Of a stretch of 64,000 nt of DNA, positions 8,613 to 17,054 are shown one piece after another. The position numbers and the translations under genes are program-made. How positions within the stretch are numbered: the stretch's first letter is position 1; each line of letters opens with the position of its first letter. The notes beneath the pieces were generated by a model. That model did not search any database. It worked only from the letters and a program-made list of their open reading frames with translations, and was not told the DNA's origin. Source of the DNA: a virus (Duplodnaviria > Caudoviricetes); the IMG/VR virus record IMGVR_UViG_3300020037_006332, positions 8,561-72,560 of that record; one strand, written 5' to 3'.

Positions 8613-9760
8613 TGGTTTGGCAAGATTGAGCGATATTGACGGGCGGAGCGGCCCACGCCTTGCAGCATGGAACGGCCCACAAACTTGCCCGGCCCGGCGG
8701 CCCGGCGGGGGACGTAGGTGATCGACGCGACTTTCTTGCCGGGGAAGGATTGGCCCTGCTGGTACACCCGCTGCACGACGTCGACCACGCTGGCGGCGGA
8801 GAGGGAATAATCGTACTGGTGGCCGTAGACCGTCCCGCGAATGCGAAGATTGTCCCAAATGGCCTTACCCTTGCTGCTGGCGGCCTGGAGCCGCTTGAAG
8901 ATGCCCGGCGGGACGTTGTGGTAGTCGTACACGGGGCCCGGGCCGTGGCGGCGGTTACTGAGGGTCTTGCCTAGCTTGCCACGGGCTCGCCCCCGGCCCT
9001 TGTGGCCTCGGCCTTTGATGGAATCGGCGTAGACGGACGTGGCGAGAAATTGCACTCGGCAGGTGCGGGTATCTGGGTTGTAGCCGATGGCGTAGACGTT
9101 GCTGGAGCCCGTCACGATTTGCATCGGGATGTATTGATCGGACACAAACCGGCCTGTGGGCGGCTGTGGGCCCTGTGGCTGGCCTTGGGCTGGCGGCTGG
9201 GTGAATTGACTCCCGCCGGTTCCGGTGCGTGTGGGCTGGCTCGTGGGGCGGCTAGGCGGGGCTTTGGGCCGGCTGCTGCCGCCGGAGCCTCCCCGGGGCG
9301 GCTTCGTGCTGCCGCCGGTGCTGCTGGTGGGCGGGGTGACGTTGTAGCCCAGTGAATTCAGCAGGTCCATCGCTGATTTGAGGCTGGCCGGATTCACGTC
9401 CCGGCTCTTATCGGATTCGCGGCCGAATAAAAAACCGATGGCCTTGCCCACGGGGCCCAGTTGGCCCAGCACTTTGCTTAGGATGCCGCCGGTGGCTCCG
9501 CCCCGGGCATAGCGGTCGATATCGTTCAGAAATTGGCCGGCTAGGGTGCCGCCTAGGGCCTGCTTGCGGATTCCCTTCCAGCTCTTGGGTCGTGGTGAAT
9601 TGGTGAAGCGGGCCAGCTTTTGGGCCTCGCCGCCGAGTAGCTGGCGGGCTCCCTTGGTGTAAATCTGGCGGTTCCGCTGGGCCTGCGTGATCGCCTTATG
9701 GGCCTGTAGGCCAGCGTTGAGGGCGTTTCGCCATGCGTCGAACGTGGCCATCCTTGGCAC
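8609..9760 (-). CDS. KTSC-domain protein
   Basis: SSNVYAIGYNPDTRTCRVQF...VYDYHNVPPGIFKRLQAASSKGKAIW matches the KTSC pattern, with a basic insert. Confidence 0.7.
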   Translation of the reverse strand: MPRMATFDAWRNALNAGLQAHKAITQAQRNRQIYTKGARQLLGGEAQKLARFTNSPRPKSWKGIRKQALGGTLAGQFLNDIDRYARGGATGGILSKVLGQLGPVGKAIGFLFGRESDKSRDVNPASLKSAMDLLNSLGYNVTPPTSSTGGSTKPPRGGSGGSSRPKAPPSRPTSQPTRTGTGGSQFTQPPAQGQPQGPQPPTGRFVSDQYIPMQIVTGSSNVYAIGYNPDTRTCRVQFLATSVYADSIKGRGHKGRGRARGKLGKTLSNRRHGPGPVYDYHNVPPGIFKRLQAASSKGKAIWDNLRIRGTVYGHQYDYSLSAASVVDVVQRVYQQGQSFPGKKVASITYVPRRAAGPGKFVGRSMLQGVGRSARQYRSILPNQ

Positions 9761-9769
9761 CTTGGTGGG

Positions 9770-10102
9770 TTAAAACTGCGGCTGGATCGTTTCGGCTGGC
9801 CGGCGGCGGACGTGAGCCCGGCAGGGGTGCGATAGAGGTCTAAACCGGATTTCATTCTCGGAAATCACGGTGATTTCGGATAGGTCAATCGCAAATAGGT
9901 GGCAGAGATAAAGGATGGAACTTAGGTAGTCGTCGTTCAAACTTAGCTCGTAGTCTATCCACTGTCCGGCGAACCAGTATTCCACGCGGGTGACCATGTA
10001 GCCGTGGCCCTGGTGTTGCTTGAGGTCGTCGCGTAGCTGCTGGATGCCCGGACCACTGGCCCACTCGGTTACCATGTCGATAGGGTTAATTTCGGTGGTC
10101 AT
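9770..10102 (-). CDS. Hypothetical protein, EINP-DMV-EW N-terminal family
   Basis: MTTEINPIDMVTEW; ATGA coupling to the upstream gene. Confidence 0.75.
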   Translation of the reverse strand: MTTEINPIDMVTEWASGPGIQQLRDDLKQHQGHGYMVTRVEYWFAGQWIDYELSLNDDYLSSILYLCHLFAIDLSEITVISENEIRFRPLSHPCRAHVRRRPAETIQPQF

Positions 10103-10410
10103 TGCGGCCTCTGGAGCACTAGCCGGAATCCCAGCCTAGGGCATGGTTCTGAATCGAGTTCGACATACGCCACGTTTCCGCACTGGCGGACTTCGTGCCT
10201 GCCTTGGTTTTTGTACTGGGCCCAGTTGGAATACATGAAATCTAGGGCCTCCTGGCCGGTTAGGCCCACGCAATGATTCAGCCATTGGTCGTGTGGGTTG
10301 TGCCCCCAGCCAGCCCCGTCGCGGTGGCTGTGACTGACTACCTTCCAGCGGAGCGGGTCCAGGGTGTCCTGGAAGTCAGCGATGATCGTGGTGGTGGTTA
10401 TTTTGCTCAC
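10099..10410 (-). CDS. Hypothetical protein, tandem paralog (SKIT...IADF)
   Basis: GTG start in a GTGA overlap. Confidence 0.7.
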   Translation of the reverse strand: MSKITTTTIIADFQDTLDPLRWKVVSHSHRDGAGWGHNPHDQWLNHCVGLTGQEALDFMYSNWAQYKNQGRHEVRQCGNVAYVELDSEPCPRLGFRLVLQRPQ

Positions 10411-10772
10411 GGCTGGGGCTCGATGGTTAAACGCCAATGGAACGGATTGGAGCCGGACACAAACTCACAATAGGCTTGCCCGTTAAGCTGATAATAGGCC
10501 GTCCCGCCCGGCAGGATTTTCTCGGTAAGTCGCCACGAAAGCCCCCAGCGGTGTTGCCAGTATTCCAGATGCTCGGCGACGGTCTGCCCGTGGATGCCTA
10601 CTATTTCGTGGTCGCCGGAAAATCTCCCGGGGGCCATCGGCGGGTAGCCCACTGACAGTAAGGTCACGCTGGTGATGCGATAGCCTTGGGCTAGGCGTTC
10701 CGGGATCGGCTCGCCGCAAACCGAAAAGTCGTGCATGTCTTCGATCATTTCGCGGACTGTGAATTCGCTCAC
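10407..10772 (-). CDS. Hypothetical protein, tandem paralog (SEFT...WRLTI)
   Basis: GTG start in a GTGA overlap. Confidence 0.7.
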   Translation of the reverse strand: MSEFTVREMIEDMHDFSVCGEPIPERLAQGYRITSVTLLSVGYPPMAPGRFSGDHEIVGIHGQTVAEHLEYWQHRWGLSWRLTEKILPGGTAYYQLNGQAYCEFVSGSNPFHWRLTIEPQP

Positions 10773-11077
10773 GGTGGGGCTATCTCCAGCTTCCAGCGGC
10801 GTTTCTCGGGTGAGCGGTCTTTGCGTAGTGACACGCTCGTAAACGCCACGGTGGCCGGGATCGTGTCGGTGCGATACTTGATATCTTCCACCAGCCACCA
10901 TTGGCGGCGAAATTCGGCTAGCTGCTCGTCCACGGTGGTTTTGGGCCCATTCCACCAGTAAGTCCAGGCTTCCATGATGGTCTGGCGGTGATACCATCGC
11001 TGGATAATCCATTGGCCCGGGGGTGTGATCTCTTTTTGGAAATCCGCCAGTAGCGTGGCGGTCGTGATTTCGCTCAC
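10769..11077 (-). CDS. Hypothetical protein, tandem paralog (SEIT...LADF...WKLEI)
   Basis: GTG start in a GTGA overlap. Confidence 0.7.
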   Translation of the reverse strand: MSEITTATLLADFQKEITPPGQWIIQRWYHRQTIMEAWTYWWNGPKTTVDEQLAEFRRQWWLVEDIKYRTDTIPATVAFTSVSLRKDRSPEKRRWKLEIAPP

Positions 11078-11379
11078 AGCTCTAGCCTCCAGGTGTAGGT
11101 GCTGTAGCCGCCCCGGGTGACGTAGGCGTGATCGCCGTAAAACTTGATAGCGTCGATGCCGATAGTGGGCGTCCAGTGGTGATCGACTTCGGCCAGAAAC
11201 TCCTGGACGGTCTTCCCGGGGGCTGCCTTGCACCATTTGTCCGACATAAAGTCGGTTGCCGTGTGCTCGGGTCCGCCGTACCGCACCTGGGCCACGACGG
11301 CGGCCCGGATGATGCGTTGCATCGGCTCTAGGTGGCCGGTGAAATCAGCGATAATGCTATGGGCAGTGATTTCGTCCAT
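11074..11379 (-). CDS. Hypothetical protein, tandem paralog (DEIT...IADF...WRLEL)
   Basis: First gene after the promoter at 11473-11500. Confidence 0.7.
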   Translation of the reverse strand: MDEITAHSIIADFTGHLEPMQRIIRAAVVAQVRYGGPEHTATDFMSDKWCKAAPGKTVQEFLAEVDHHWTPTIGIDAIKFYGDHAYVTRGGYSTYTWRLEL

Positions 11380-11472
11380 CGGCTCGGCTAAATAGGTGCA
11401 TGAACTACGCTTGCCATCCTCCGCCCCCGCCCGGCGTAGCAGCGTTCGCACGCGGGGAGTTGCACGGCCTGT

Positions 11473-11500
11473 AGTATAGCGAGCGAATGCGGCTGGTCAA
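11473..11500 (-). promoter_or_regulatory. Sigma70-like promoter with CGCTCGC box
   Basis: TTGACC-16-TATACT. Confidence 0.7.
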
Positions 11501-13878
11501 GCTCGGCGGGGGCCCTGGAATTGCACGCTCTCGCGGGGCTTCCAGGGGCGTTGGACGGGCTTCGGGGCGGAGCCGGTGCCCATCTTGTCGCTATAGATCG
11601 CGTAGCCCATCGCGTCCAGGGCGTGGTCGTTAAAGTCCACGGGACGGTTTTGGGGGTTCCGCTGGCGGCGAGCGGCGTCGCCGGTGCTGGCCCCGGTGGG
11701 CTCGGCCCAGTGATAGCCGCGAATCTCGGAAATCAGATTCTTGCACTTGCTGAGAATGTAGAGCCGGGGGCGGCCGTTGTCGCCCACCAGCATAAGGCTC
11801 CGCAGTTCCGAAATCCGGCTATTGACGGGGTACTGGCCGAAACCTTTATTAGCCCCGGTGCACTTGAGGCCCAGCCGGGTAAATTCGACCATTTGCTGGG
11901 GGTCGGCCGTGTCGCAATAGGTTGGCCCGTAGGCGGGGTGATCGTATTTCCAATCCCGCTGGTTAATTTTGGCCAAGTGGTAGGCGTTGGGCTTTTGGGT
12001 TTCGTAGTGTTCGTCGTAAACGTAGTAGGTGCCGTCTTTGTCACGGGCCACCCAAACCACGGCAAACGGCGAATTGTAGCCCCAGTCGATGCCCCGGATG
12101 TGGAGCCATCCACTGGGGATGCGGCCGGCGTCAAGCTGCTCGGCCAGCTTCCGCATGGGCTCGGGGAGGGTGGTGCTGGCGGGGTCCAGGACGTGGATGC
12201 CCCGGCGGAATTCCTTGAATACCTGTCCCCGGAACGTGGCGAAATGCCCGGTTTCGCGGGTCATCCGCATATCTTCGTCGGTGGCCTTCAGTCGGCTTTG
12301 TACATAGTCCTGGTCGATGTACTGATTGAGGCTGGTGTTTAGGTGGTAGAATTCCCAGCCGTCGGGGACGTCTTCGTATTTGTCGGGCCACTCGGGGGAC
12401 ACGATTTCGACGGGGGTAAAATCGGCCCAGCCCGGGCTACCGTAGTCGCGGCATCGCCACTGGACTTCCTCCACAATCTCGAACGGCACTTCCTCGTTAA
12501 ACCAGTAGCCGCCGATTGATCGGCCTTGCATATGCTGGCGGCCCTGGTTGTAGCTCTTGAATTCGATAACCCACCCGATTTTGCTGGGGTTCTTGGGGTG
12601 CTTCAGCAGCACGGCGGCGGGCCATGATCGCTGCTTATCGAACCACGAAATATGGGCAATCTTTTCGGGCGGGATAAACGTGGAGAGTTTTTCCTGCCAG
12701 CAAATGCTGCAAACCATGTCGAACGATTGCCCGATAATCCAGAATGGGCAGTGTTCTCGATAGGGCGGGGTATCGAGCACGTAGCGGGCCGTCTTGTAGG
12801 CGGCGGCCACGGTCTTGCCGCTGTTGTGGTGGAAAACCCCGGCCAGCTCGTAGTTGTGCCACCCGTGGACGGTGAAATCATAGAAGTCCTGGACGCCAAT
12901 CGGCTCGATCTTGACCACGTGGGCGGTATTGGCTATCGTTGCCTCCAATGGGTACGTGGAATCGCATAGACTGGCCGGTCGAGAAAATGCGTACTTGGTA
13001 CGAAGTGGACGGCCTTTCGTGTGCTGAAATTGGGGCCAAGCTCCAGCAGTCTGGGCGGACTGTGTGGAAAGTTTGCAAGCGGCATGGGTTTCGGATGCGT
13101 CCTGTAGGGCCGCCCCGTGGCGAGAAAAACCCGGCCTGGAAGGGTGGCCGCACGGTCGATAAGGCTGGTTATGTGCTAACGCTTTGCCCGTCGCATCCGC
13201 AAGCCAATTCGGGCGGCTATGTCCGGGAGCATCGGCTAATCGCCGAACGGCTTCTAGGGCGATATCTGCTCCCGTCGGAAGTGGTTCACCATGTAAACGA
13301 TGACCCTGCGGATAATCGGCCGGAAAACCTACTGGTGTATGCCACAAACGGCTTGCACTTGGCGGACACGCTGCAAGGCAAGTGCCCAAACTGGTCGGAC
13401 GATGGGCGGGTCCGGATCGCGGCCGGAGTTGCGAAACGTGCATCCAATCGCCGGAAGCGGTCAAAACCCGGTGGTGCCCAGTCGCCTTAAATGCCTGCCC
13501 GTTGCTCATGGTTACGCGATAGAGCATGTCCCGGCCCTTGCGGAATGGGGCGTTGGCTAGGGCCGGCACGGCTTGCTGGCCATCCCACGCGACCACGTGC
13601 CACGGCTCCCGGATTTGGTCCACGCGGCGGTGGTGATTCGCCACGGGGTCAAAAACAAGCGTATCGCCGGCCACGCATCCGTTGCCCCCTAGGCAAATGG
13701 CGAAGTTGGCCTTGCTGTTGACGAATGCGGTTTGTTCGTCAAAGTTCTCGGGGTTGTCCGGGCGGGGAGTGAACATTTCCAGCGGGGTAAGCCGCTGGTT
13801 ATATTCCCGGACTAGGCGGCCGTGGCCTGCCTTAATGAGGGCTTGAATCTGCTGGGGGCTGAATACTTTGGCTGGCAT
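11497..13878 (-). CDS. terL: Terminase large subunit, intein-containing
   Basis: Walker A GGNG/SGKT split by an intein; Walker B YWFNEE; nuclease motifs GIDWG, YCDTAD, DHALDA. Confidence 0.92.
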   Translation of the reverse strand: MPAKVFSPQQIQALIKAGHGRLVREYNQRLTPLEMFTPRPDNPENFDEQTAFVNSKANFAICLGGNGCVAGDTLVFDPVANHHRRVDQIREPWHVVAWDGQQAVPALANAPFRKGRDMLYRVTMSNGQAFKATGHHRVLTASGDWMHVSQLRPRSGPAHRPTSLGTCLAACPPSASRLWHTPVGFPADYPQGHRLHGEPLPTGADIALEAVRRLADAPGHSRPNWLADATGKALAHNQPYRPCGHPSRPGFSRHGAALQDASETHAACKLSTQSAQTAGAWPQFQHTKGRPLRTKYAFSRPASLCDSTYPLEATIANTAHVVKIEPIGVQDFYDFTVHGWHNYELAGVFHHNSGKTVAAAYKTARYVLDTPPYREHCPFWIIGQSFDMVCSICWQEKLSTFIPPEKIAHISWFDKQRSWPAAVLLKHPKNPSKIGWVIEFKSYNQGRQHMQGRSIGGYWFNEEVPFEIVEEVQWRCRDYGSPGWADFTPVEIVSPEWPDKYEDVPDGWEFYHLNTSLNQYIDQDYVQSRLKATDEDMRMTRETGHFATFRGQVFKEFRRGIHVLDPASTTLPEPMRKLAEQLDAGRIPSGWLHIRGIDWGYNSPFAVVWVARDKDGTYYVYDEHYETQKPNAYHLAKINQRDWKYDHPAYGPTYCDTADPQQMVEFTRLGLKCTGANKGFGQYPVNSRISELRSLMLVGDNGRPRLYILSKCKNLISEIRGYHWAEPTGASTGDAARRQRNPQNRPVDFNDHALDAMGYAIYSDKMGTGSAPKPVQRPWKPRESVQFQGPRRA
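12911..12939 (+). promoter_or_regulatory. Promoter for the antisense HNH gene inside the intein
   Basis: TTGACC-17-TATCGT, 8 nt before the ATG at 12948 (leaderless geometry). Confidence 0.55.
12948..13490 (+). CDS. HNH endonuclease (HNH_3-like, N-terminal HTH) nested antisense within the intein
   Basis: GEKNPAWKGG, YVREHRLIAERLLGRYLLPSEVVHHVNDDPADNRPENL. Confidence 0.9.
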   Translation: MGTWNRIDWPVEKMRTWYEVDGLSCAEIGAKLQQSGRTVWKVCKRHGFRMRPVGPPRGEKNPAWKGGRTVDKAGYVLTLCPSHPQANSGGYVREHRLIAERLLGRYLLPSEVVHHVNDDPADNRPENLLVYATNGLHLADTLQGKCPNWSDDGRVRIAAGVAKRASNRRKRSKPGGAQSP

Positions 13879-14224
13879 CCATGCCTCTGCCGAACGGGAT
13901 GTAAAGGGTGTAATAGCCGGCCTTACGGAGTGCGTCCCGCATGGCAATCGCGGCTGGCCCGTTGAAACTGTGCACCACAAACGTCCGCACGTCGGGCTTG
14001 TTCATTAGAATCCAGCGGACCACTTCACTGCCGCTATTTTCTTCGGCGGTGTCTTGATAGTGCTGGCCGCCTAGGTCGTGGTCCAGGTGTACCTCGAACC
14101 ATGTTTCCGGGCGGCGGAGCTGGTCAATACACTCGCGGGCCGTGTTGACGATGATGGCGTCGGGTTGCATCCGACGGAAAATCCGGCAGCGGGTGGGGTC
14201 ATCGTCTAGGAACAAAATGGCCAT
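13832..14224 (-). CDS. Cyclic-phosphate-processing receiver-like domain protein
   Basis: ILFLDDD...HLDHDLG...SGSEVVRWI...VHSFN pattern. Confidence 0.75.
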   Translation of the reverse strand: MAILFLDDDPTRCRIFRRMQPDAIIVNTARECIDQLRRPETWFEVHLDHDLGGQHYQDTAEENSGSEVVRWILMNKPDVRTFVVHSFNGPAAIAMRDALRKAGYYTLYIPFGRGMDASQSIQPPADSSPH

Positions 14225-14621
14225 GTGTGCGGGCTTCCTTGCGGATAAATCCAAACTCCATTTCAAACATCGGGGACGCTTGGTGGCTCTTGAATGGTCG
14301 CCGCGAGACGTGTGAAAGCTGGTATTCCAGGACCGTCGCCACTAATCGCATCCGGGTCGTTAGCTGCTCGTGGTCATCGACGTGGGCCATGTAAATGGCG
14401 GTGATCGTGTGCACGTAGGCCAGCACGGTTTCGCGGCTACTGAGGCCCAGCGGCCGGGGGCCAACCGACATATCCCACGTGGCTTTTGTAAAAACTCGAT
14501 TGATACTTTTCCAGGTCCGCCAGTCTTCCCGGAGTTTGGCCAATAGCTCCCCGTGCTTATGCTCGGCGGCGGCTTGGTGCCCCCAGTCGGTGAACATCGT
14601 CACGGGGTCGATTTCGATCAT
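14199..14621 (-). CDS. Hypothetical protein, EIDP-xM-DW N-terminal family
   Basis: MIEIDPVTMFTDW; ATGA coupling. Confidence 0.7.
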   Translation of the reverse strand: MIEIDPVTMFTDWGHQAAAEHKHGELLAKLREDWRTWKSINRVFTKATWDMSVGPRPLGLSSRETVLAYVHTITAIYMAHVDDHEQLTTRMRLVATVLEYQLSHVSRRPFKSHQASPMFEMEFGFIRKEARTHGHFVPRR

Positions 14622-14947
14622 GCCAAAAGCATCCTAAAGCGTGAGCGGTAGCCGTTGCTTTCGGTGGCCCAGAGAATCGTTTCGGTGGAGCCGAATTCGA
14701 GTCTGATATTAGTGAGCTGGGGCCAGTGGTTGGCAATCCAGCGGGCGTAGTCGTCGATGGTTTTCGCCCCCATGTATTGTAGGCTGGCGGTGGCGTTTGT
14801 CTCGCCATAGCCGGCTGGCTGGCCGCCGGGCGTAAAATCCTTCCGGTAAACTGCCCGGATTTTTCGGTTCCTGGGGTCCAGGGCGATAGCCCAGTCGGTG
14901 ACCATATCCTGGGGGTTAATTTCCGGCGTCGGCAGTTTGCTGCTCAC
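14618..14947 (-). CDS. Hypothetical protein, EINP-DMV-DW N-terminal family
   Basis: PEINPQDMVTDW. Confidence 0.7.
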   Translation of the reverse strand: MSSKLPTPEINPQDMVTDWAIALDPRNRKIRAVYRKDFTPGGQPAGYGETNATASLQYMGAKTIDDYARWIANHWPQLTNIRLEFGSTETILWATESNGYRSRFRMLLA

Positions 14948-15992
14948 GGCTGGCCTCGGCGATGATCTTCTTGACCTTGGCAGGTTTCATCCGAACATCA
15001 CGGGCGATAGCCACGACGTCGTTGCCCTGCTGGAATAGCTCCAGGACACGCTGCTCCGGGGTGAGCGGTTCAGCGGGTTCCTCGTATTCTACAGCGAGCG
15101 AAGCAATTTCCAACTCCATTTCCGGCATCGCGGGTCGGGTCGGGAGCGGGGCGTCCACGACGTCCTGGCCAAACTGCTTGGCGGCGAAGTCCTGGCCGGC
15201 TTCGTTCAGTAGCTCCTGGGCATTATTAGCAATATCATCAATTCCCATAAGTTCCGCTAATACTGCGGCCAGCTCGGCCCAGCGGGCGTCTGCCAGCCAC
15301 GGGCTCCCCTCGTCTTCGCGGGCTCCGTATTGGGCGGATTTGATGCGGGCGATTTGCTCGATGGGCACCCGCTGGCGGATCAGGGTTTCCAGGTCGTCAA
15401 TGCGGGTGGGGATTTCGGGGGCCGGGACGGGCTCGCCGCTGTCGGGGTCGACTTCCGGGGTTTCGGGGCTGAGATAGCCCATCATTTCCAGGTCGTAGTG
15501 ATAGCGGGCTTCGATGGCGGCTGGGGTTAATTCTGACCCCGGCTTGTCAATCTCGCGTTGGACTCGCTCGATATCGGGGAGCGGGTTGTCGCCGGGCTGA
15601 AACCATCGCCATTCATTGGCGATAATGCGAAGCGGCACCTTTTCGGCGTGCATTTCGGTGGGCGTTTTGCGTTCGATACGCGGGGGCGGGTCCAGCAGGC
15701 ATTGCCGGCGGGCCTCGTCGCGGGCGTGCCAGAATGAGACGGGGGGCTCGGCTTCGCCGGTGGCGTTAAACTCGGCGTAGGCTTGGGCCAGCTTTCGCAT
15801 CGCTTGGCTGGCGATGGGCAGGGCGAATTGATCGTAGCCCCGGAGCCACGCTTCCAGGGGCCGCCAGTAGCGGGCGTCGGGCGGGACGCTGGTGCCGTCA
15901 TCGTTAAACAGCTCTAGGGCTTCGTAGGCTTCGTGCTCGGCGGCGGATAGGTCGCGGATTTCGGTAACGGTAATGCGTTCGGCGGCATCCAT
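14916..15992 (-). CDS. Hypothetical protein with C-terminal HTH-like segment
   Basis: Long acidic ORF ending LELFQQGNDVVAIARDVRMKPAKVKKII. Confidence 0.7.
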   Translation of the reverse strand: MDAAERITVTEIRDLSAAEHEAYEALELFNDDGTSVPPDARYWRPLEAWLRGYDQFALPIASQAMRKLAQAYAEFNATGEAEPPVSFWHARDEARRQCLLDPPPRIERKTPTEMHAEKVPLRIIANEWRWFQPGDNPLPDIERVQREIDKPGSELTPAAIEARYHYDLEMMGYLSPETPEVDPDSGEPVPAPEIPTRIDDLETLIRQRVPIEQIARIKSAQYGAREDEGSPWLADARWAELAAVLAELMGIDDIANNAQELLNEAGQDFAAKQFGQDVVDAPLPTRPAMPEMELEIASLAVEYEEPAEPLTPEQRVLELFQQGNDVVAIARDVRMKPAKVKKIIAEASREQQTADAGN

Positions 15993-16285
15993 GTATTTCG
16001 CTCCAGGACTCGAAAGTAGGCTTTCCATAATTGGCGGCGGTGCAAGTCTACCAGATGGTTACAAAGGGAGTGCACCGCTCGCAAGTTAGTTAGATCGTTG
16101 GTGCCGCCGTCCTGCAAGGCGACGATATGGTCGACGGTCACGAAATGCTCGGGGCGTCGGTCGTGCAGGTGCAGGTGCCGGCCGCAAATTTCGCATTTGC
16201 CTAGCTGGCGGACCACCAGTTTAAGTAGTTTGCGGCGGGCGGCTCGACGCATGGCCCGGACGTAACGGCTTCGGTTTGTGGCCAT
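15914..16285 (-). CDS. HNH endonuclease, terminase-adjacent
   Basis: CEICG...TVDHIVALQDGGTNDLTNLRAVHSLCN. Confidence 0.85.
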   Translation of the reverse strand: MATNRSRYVRAMRRAARRKLLKLVVRQLGKCEICGRHLHLHDRRPEHFVTVDHIVALQDGGTNDLTNLRAVHSLCNHLVDLHRRQLWKAYFRVLERNTWMPPNALPLPKSATYPPPSTKPTKP

Positions 16286-16748
16286 TTTTGGGGGCCTTAG
16301 CCGGGGTGGGTGGCGGAGTGGTCGGGGTGGCGGCGGCCAGCTTGGTTAGCTTGTCTTCCAGCTCGGTGGCGATATCGGCCAGCGGGCGGTCATCGCCATA
16401 GGGCTTTTCTTTGGCCTGAAATTTGGTCCGGTAGTTGGTGGCAAAGTGCCGGGGGTTGCGACGCTCCAGAATCCAGGCGAGGGCTTGCCACGGCCCGGGC
16501 TTGCCCTGGACGGCGTAGGTCCGCAGTTGCTCCAGGTCTTCGACTTCGGCCTGGGCCCGGGCTTTGGTGACGTCCTGGTAGAATCTGGCGTAGGTGGGGT
16601 GCCCCTTCTTTCCCTTGGCCAGCCAGCGGCGGACGGTGATACCCGCGATGCCGCAGCACTGGGCGGCGGTCGTGACGAAATTGCCTTTGCGGACAAAATC
16701 CACGATCAAGTCGTGGGTGGCTTGGTCTAGCAGTAGCTTGCGGGCCAT
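16221..16748 (-). CDS. Terminase small subunit-like HTH protein
   Basis: GNFVTTAAQCCGI...VRRWLAKG and WQALAWILERR pattern; upstream of TerL. Confidence 0.7.
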   Translation of the reverse strand: MARKLLLDQATHDLIVDFVRKGNFVTTAAQCCGIAGITVRRWLAKGKKGHPTYARFYQDVTKARAQAEVEDLEQLRTYAVQGKPGPWQALAWILERRNPRHFATNYRTKFQAKEKPYGDDRPLADIATELEDKLTKLAAATPTTPPPTPAKAPKNGHKPKPLRPGHASSRPPQTT

Positions 16749-16755
16749 GACTGGC

Positions 16756-17025
16756 TTACTCGTGGCCTACGATTCCGGTGGCCGTGGTGCCGGTCGCCCG
16801 GACGTAGGAAATCCGGCATTTGATTTTTTCGCCCACGGTTAAAAACGTAAGGGTGCGGTCGGCACTCTTGCCGTAGGGGCGGAACGTGACCGTGCCCACT
16901 GCCCCCCGGCACTCGATTTGCCGCACGGGCGGGTCCAGGGGGTTGGTATCGTGCGGGGTGATCGGCATGATATCCAGGGCGACTTGCGTGATATCGCCGT
17001 AGCTGCCTGGGAATTCGTTGGCCAT
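16756..17025 (-). CDS. Head spike-base protein (RcGTA Rcc01079-like)
   Basis: ITPHDTNPL...VRATGTTATGIV pattern. Confidence 0.7.
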   Translation of the reverse strand: MANEFPGSYGDITQVALDIMPITPHDTNPLDPPVRQIECRGAVGTVTFRPYGKSADRTLTFLTVGEKIKCRISYVRATGTTATGIVGHE

Positions 17026-17054
17026 CCTTGGCCTCCTTTTTCAAGTCGAGAGGG

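Larger units (their letters stand above)
12823..13677 (-). mobile_element. Intein (285 aa) in the terminase Walker A motif
   Basis: Begins CVAGDTLV, block B TGHHRVLT, ends DFTVHGWHNYELAGVFHHN followed by Ser +1. Confidence 0.92.
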
